IMG/VR virus record: IMGVR_UViG_3300038809_000047 | Location: 1-29,923 of that record | Strand: one strand, 5' to 3' | Length of the DNA: 29,923 nt | Origin: a virus | Lineage: Duplodnaviria > Caudoviricetes | Shown here: piece by piece, positions 26,437 to 29,923 of the stretch | Numbering within the stretch: the stretch's first letter is position 1 | Layout: each line of letters starts with the position of its first letter | Program-made: the position numbers and the translations under genes | The notes under the pieces: model-generated | What the model saw: the letters and a program-made list of their open reading frames with translations, nothing else | Told to the model about the DNA's origin: nothing | The model's database searches: none

Positions 26437-26932
26437 CTTCCACCCCGATGATTACCTGTTTCGGCTCTGGCAGGCCCTGATTCGGGTCCTCTAGTTCGCG
26501 CTGGAGCTTCTGGATGTTCAGTCGCTTTATTTCGTCGTCAAGAGACTTGTCAGGCTCAACCCTACGGTTAACGTACGCGTCACCGGTTTCTTTGGCTGCC
26601 TGCTCAAGCACTTGGAGTGCGAGCGCCAGGTTCTTCATGCCCTCAGCTTTCTCGATGATCCGCCCCAGTGCTCGCAGGCGGTAAGCCCGATTAGCAATGG
26701 GGATATCCATCGTCTGATGGCGGAATCTCTCTCTGGCCTCGTGGAACATGTCGACCCAACGTTTTGCCAGCGTCTTGCTGCATCGCTTTGTTGGGTCGTG
26801 AGTCTCAACCTGCTGACGGCTCACTTCGATGTTGAATTCGCGTTTGACGGCCTCGGCCACCTGTGAGGGTGTATCGAAGCAGGCCAGCGCCTGAACGATG
26901 AAGGCCTTCACCTCGCTGCTCAGGGCTGCCAT
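26411..26932 (-). CDS. terS: Terminase small subunit (DUF2280-like)
   Basis: KAFIVQALACFDTPSQVA and IPIANRAYRLRAL motifs. Directly upstream of TerL. Confidence 0.85.
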   Translation of the reverse strand: MAALSSEVKAFIVQALACFDTPSQVAEAVKREFNIEVSRQQVETHDPTKRCSKTLAKRWVDMFHEARERFRHQTMDIPIANRAYRLRALGRIIEKAEGMKNLALALQVLEQAAKETGDAYVNRRVEPDKSLDDEIKRLNIQKLQRELEDPNQGLPEPKQVIIGVEDASCPDAE

Positions 26933-26963
26933 AGGATTGGGTTCCGTCTATTACCGTCTAACC

Positions 26964-27587
26964 TCAGGCCGACTTGAGCAGACAGGTTCCGCAGGCCCTC
27001 GAAATGTTGATCTTCGCCACTTCGGGTGGCTTGCTGGCAGCGTCTACTAGCTGCTGTACGTCTTGGCTCGCACCATAGCGGCGGACGACACCGACGAACT
27101 CTTCCACGTCGTGACCTCGAAGGCTCAGGCTTGGTAAGCCGTCTTGAGTGAACTTGGGAGCGCCGTACTGATCGAGCTTCTGGGCGATGTGGTAGAGCTC
27201 ATGCTCGACCAGAGCACAGAACTCAGTGTCACTACACTGGGCGCAGTAGTCAGCGGCAAGGGTGATGAGGAAGTCCGGCACTTCGCCAAACCAGTCGACC
27301 ATCTGTTGCTCTTGTCGAGCTTTCTGCCATCCACCTGCCCGGAACGCGACTTGCTCTGCCTGGCCCAGCACCGTGCGCCCCTGCTTTTCGAAACAGGATG
27401 AGGCCCACATGATGCGCAGCGGAGCGTCGATTAGGTGGGCATGGTCAGGGTTGTGGATGCTTCCGGTGTCCGAAAGGATCTGTTCGGTGATCCACTCCCA
27501 TACATCAGAAGCAGGCGTGAGACGAATGCCGAGCATGGAAAGGTCCGATAGCTCTAGCAGCGAGGCTGGAGGCGCTGGACGGTCCAT
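26964..27587 (-). CDS. Putative phage metallopeptidase
   Basis: HELYH (HExxH), GHDVEEFVGVVRRYG and C-terminal CGTC. Confidence 0.85.
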   Translation of the reverse strand: MDRPAPPASLLELSDLSMLGIRLTPASDVWEWITEQILSDTGSIHNPDHAHLIDAPLRIMWASSCFEKQGRTVLGQAEQVAFRAGGWQKARQEQQMVDWFGEVPDFLITLAADYCAQCSDTEFCALVEHELYHIAQKLDQYGAPKFTQDGLPSLSLRGHDVEEFVGVVRRYGASQDVQQLVDAASKPPEVAKINISRACGTCLLKSA

Positions 27588-27590
27588 GGC

Positions 27591-27794
27591 CTACTCCGTG
27601 TCTTGCTTATCCACCAGCGTGTATTGCTTCACCATCTTGACGATCTCATCACCCTCAATGCGGTCGAGGTCACGCTCGATCGTCACGGTCACGGGCTGGT
27701 TGGGGAGCATGCTGATGTTGATTGAGGTGATGCGCGAGATGTCGAGCTCCAGAGCTCGGCATAGGTCGGTAGCGAATTTCGCACTGGCGATCAT
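27591..27794 (-). CDS. Hypothetical protein (67 aa)
   Basis: ATG 27794 preceded by GGAG. Fills the operon gap. Confidence 0.65.
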   Translation of the reverse strand: MIASAKFATDLCRALELDISRITSINISMLPNQPVTVTIERDLDRIEGDEIVKMVKQYTLVDKQDTE

Positions 27795-27801
27795 GATCTT
27801 C

Positions 27802-27842
27802 TCCGCGCCACGAAACGGACGCATCTGAATTTGTGGCGCGGA
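27802..27842. repeat. Intergenic inverted repeat
   Basis: TCCGCGCCAC (27802-27811) and GTGGCGCGGA (27833-27842). Confidence 0.8.
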
Positions 27843-28064
27843 TTATTCGTTAACCGGCGGCTCGCGAAGCTTCGATTGCTGGATCACCCTGGACACTGCG
27901 ACCGCAATGCTGAGCCCCATGTTCACGACAGCGAACACCAGTGGATCAACTGCGCCCTGAAATACTGACCACCCCGCCGCTGCCGCATTGAGCACCGCAC
28001 CGGCCACCGCCAATTGCACACTGGTCATTCGCCAGGCCTTACGCCATTCAGGGATGAGGGCCAT
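27843..28064 (-). CDS. Putative holin
   Basis: 73 aa with LIPEWRKAWRMTSVQL, two hydrophobic helices and SRVIQQ followed by a charged tail. Confidence 0.75.
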   Translation of the reverse strand: MALIPEWRKAWRMTSVQLAVAGAVLNAAAAGWSVFQGAVDPLVFAVVNMGLSIAVAVSRVIQQSKLREPPVNE

Positions 28065-28296
28065 GTTCTGCGTCCGAGGGAATTAGTTTTTCGAGGCTTT
28101 CGGCGTAGCGCTTCCAGTCGTCACGGCTCTTCGTCACGCGGCGCAGTGCAGCCTTTGGTGGTTCGGGCTCAGGACATACCGAAGGCGCAGAGGTGAACCG
28201 GAAAACCGTTGTCTTGTGCTCGGCTGGTTGCCGGGTTCCTGCGTCTTGCTGTGCGCACCCGGCAAGCAACAGCACTACAACCAGTGCGCACCTCAC
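28048..28296 (-). CDS. Lipoprotein
   Basis: MRCALVVVLLLAG-C lipobox, Pro-rich CPEPEPP segment and C-terminal helix. Confidence 0.72.
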   Translation of the reverse strand: MRCALVVVLLLAGCAQQDAGTRQPAEHKTTVFRFTSAPSVCPEPEPPKAALRRVTKSRDDWKRYAESLEKLIPSDAEHGPHP

Positions 28297-28601
28297 TTTG
28301 GCCGTCCGAATGACTTGACCATTTCGGTGAGCGAGTCCAGGCGGAAGTCCTGGCGCTGGTCGGAGCTACGCAGGGTGTCGATGAACTTGTCACCGGCATC
28401 GCGCGAACGTTCGAGGGAATCTACCCGTTGGGTTAGCAGTGCCTGGCTGGTCTGGTATGCGTTCAGCGAGGCCTGAAGCGTGGACAGCGAGCCCACGACA
28501 TATACGAACGCACCGATCGCAGCAGCAGACAGGACGGTCTGCAAGACAGGCACGACGATTTTAAACACCGTGCTGTCAGCGATGCGGGATACGTCTGTCA
28601 T
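28293..28601 (-). CDS. Membrane protein with N-terminal TM segment and coiled coil
   Basis: Hydrophobic residues ~12-37 followed by a heptad-like helix. Confidence 0.75.
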   Translation of the reverse strand: MTDVSRIADSTVFKIVVPVLQTVLSAAAIGAFVYVVGSLSTLQASLNAYQTSQALLTQRVDSLERSRDAGDKFIDTLRSSDQRQDFRLDSLTEMVKSFGRPK

Positions 28602-28615
28602 GGGCTTTCCGGAAT

Positions 28616-28639
28616 AAAAAAGGCCGATTGGAGGCGGCC
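28616..28639 (-). terminator. Terminator-like hairpin
   Basis: Minus strand reads GGCCG-N8-CGGCC-TTTTTT. Confidence 0.5.
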
Positions 28640-28675
28640 AAAGGGTGCTGAGGAGCAGCGATGGAAACTGGGGCC

Positions 28676-28933
28676 TTATTCGGCCAAGGTGAAGTCGATG
28701 TAATACGCCTTACCGGGTTCGAGCTTGTCGGCTACCGATTTCACGATCTTCGCCTTGTACTCGGCGACCGGGGTGTACTTCCCGAACGCAGCGTTCTCGC
28801 CTGGCGGATCCTTGGGTAAGGCGCATACCGCGCCGAAACGAACATCACACAGCGGATCATCCCGCTCTTGATTGACGTGACGGACGTGCGTGATTTCGTG
28901 GCAGACCATTTTGCAGCGCATGACTGGAGACAT
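28676..28933 (-). CDS. Hypothetical protein, first gene after the late promoter
   Basis: 85 aa with a GAGG ribosome-binding site. Contains ENAAFGKYTP...GKAYYIDFT. Confidence 0.75.
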   Translation of the reverse strand: MSPVMRCKMVCHEITHVRHVNQERDDPLCDVRFGAVCALPKDPPGENAAFGKYTPVAEYKAKIVKSVADKLEPGKAYYIDFTLAE

Positions 28934-29040
28934 GATTTTTCCTCAGGTGGTGAGCAGTAGGGCCTTTCAGTCTTGCGCCTGCGGGGGAATAAGCGGCGTC
29001 ACCTGCACTCCCGGCTCGGAGCGATGGGTGTGGGTGAGCC

Positions 29041-29075
29041 GAAAACGAAAAAGCCCCGCACTTGGCGAGGCTTCT
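29041..29075 (-). terminator. Late-leader terminator (tR'-like)
   Basis: Minus strand reads AAGCCTCGC-CAAGT-GCGGGGCTT-TTTCGTTTT, shortly after the putative late promoter. Confidence 0.78.
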
Positions 29076-29115
29076 GGTGAAATTCGCCAGAGGCGAAATT
29101 GTCACGATGGAGCGG

Positions 29116-29145
29116 ATAATGCCTGATCCGGACATTTGTCGTCAA
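29116..29145 (-). promoter_or_regulatory. Putative late promoter (pR'-like)
   Basis: TTGACG-18 nt-CATTAT overlapping the stop of the Q-like gene and followed by a hairpin and terminator, as in lambdoid architecture. Confidence 0.6.
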
Positions 29146-29735
29146 GCAGCAATTTTCATCTCTTTTATCGCCAATGAGACAGGCATCAAAGCTGCCTTGT
29201 CGAGGTCGTTGCAAGCGTTAAAACAGGCCTGAATGAAACCTTCCCATTCTCGCGTCCATTGCTCGGACGATAGCTCCAAACCGAGCACGCTCAGAAGCCA
29301 TGAGCGGAATGCCTCCGGCGATCGGCATGGGTCAACCCCCTCACTCTGGCCGCCCTGGTGCATTCGGCGATAGCGGTGCACGACGCCTTGGGCAACAAGG
29401 CGCGCCTTCTCGAACTTCTTGGCGTACATCTTCGGCCCAGCGCGATACGCAGCCATGAACACTGCGTCGTCCGCCTCTTCCTTGTCGTCAACAGTGGCAA
29501 TCGGGCTGTACATGAAGTTGCCGAACGCCTGCAGATGGGCCGGAAGTGTGGCAATCGCATGCTGGATCCGGGCTGATATCGACTGATGCATGGCGTGGCG
29601 GCTGTTCACCGACTTCTCGGTCTTCTGCACTGAGCACCCGAGCAAGCCGATTTGCTCAATGTGCGCGCCCTGGCTATCCCACGGCGTGTACAGCGCGTCA
29701 TGCCATGCGAGGCGTGCTGAATTCAAGTTGATCAT
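29142..29735 (-). CDS. Putative late-gene regulator (antiterminator Q position)
   Basis: 197 aa between ninG and the promoter/terminator that precede the late operon. The function is inferred from position. Confidence 0.65.
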   Translation of the reverse strand: MINLNSARLAWHDALYTPWDSQGAHIEQIGLLGCSVQKTEKSVNSRHAMHQSISARIQHAIATLPAHLQAFGNFMYSPIATVDDKEEADDAVFMAAYRAGPKMYAKKFEKARLVAQGVVHRYRRMHQGGQSEGVDPCRSPEAFRSWLLSVLGLELSSEQWTREWEGFIQACFNACNDLDKAALMPVSLAIKEMKIAA

Positions 29736-29923
29736 TACGCTGCTCTCCCCTTCAGCTCTCTGGTCTTTGCCCGGTATTCGGTCGTGATGGCCTTCAATTC
29801 TTCAATCGTGTGCTTGCGTGGTTCGTGGTCGGCTTCCAGCGCCTCGACCGCCTCCAGCCCTATGCGCAAGACCAAGCCGTCTCTGAAAGCCTGCGAGACT
29901 GTCAGGCCTTTGCGGGCGTACTT
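29735..29923 (-). CDS. ninG: NinG/Rap-like recombination endonuclease, 3' fragment
   Basis: Manual translation gives KYARKGLTVSQAFRDGLVLRIGLEAVEALEADHEPRKHTIEELKAITTEYRAKTRELKGRAA*, a typical NinG C-terminus. TAATG overlap with the next gene. Confidence 0.82.
   Translation of the reverse strand, partial: KYARKGLTVSQAFRDGLVLRIGLEAVEALEADHEPRKHTIEELKAITTEYRAKTRELKGRAA

Larger units (their letters stand above)
925..29923. mobile_element. dusA-integrated temperate prophage (siphovirus-type); continues beyond the right edge of the window
   Basis: Integrase divergent from dusA, followed by complete lysis, tail, head and packaging modules plus Q-like and NinG genes. The left boundary is approximate, placed near the APMMDW codons where the sequence composition shifts. 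Confidence 0.93.

Noticed and set aside
28934-29141. tRNA gene after the Q-like gene, as in some lambdoid phages
   Set aside because: No cloverleaf or T-loop GTTCGA signature is recognisable.
1-29923. CRISPR array, rRNA or IS element
   Set aside because: No regularly spaced repeats, rRNA-like sequence or transposase motifs were seen.

Overview
The window is the dusA-proximal 30 kb of a temperate, long-tailed (siphovirus-type) prophage, most likely in a Pseudomonas chromosome (inferred from protein families and GC content). Host dusA (1-1026, minus) is followed by a divergent tyrosine integrase of the dusA-associated type. Almost everything else is on the minus strand. In transcription order it runs: NinG (partial), a Q-like late regulator, a late promoter and terminator, holin-region membrane genes, a metallopeptidase, TerS/TerL, a portal with a C-terminal 2H-phosphoesterase (Acb1-like) domain, scaffold/protease, decoration protein, major capsid, neck genes and two paralogous tail tube genes. 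It continues with frameshifted tail chaperones, a DUF4214-like moron, a 1886-aa tape measure protein (TMP) that carries the same DUF4214-like motif, a minimal tail tip/fibre module, DUF1353, endolysin, Rz/Rz1, an HNH endonuclease and a two-gene LexA-box operon. The most notable observations are the shared DUF4214-like motif in the moron and the TMP (candidate decoy-type superinfection exclusion system), the portal-Acb1 fusion, the apparent lack of a lambda-like tail tip, the duplicated tail tube gene and a possible second spanin-like pair. All family calls come from motif recognition by eye, not from database searches.
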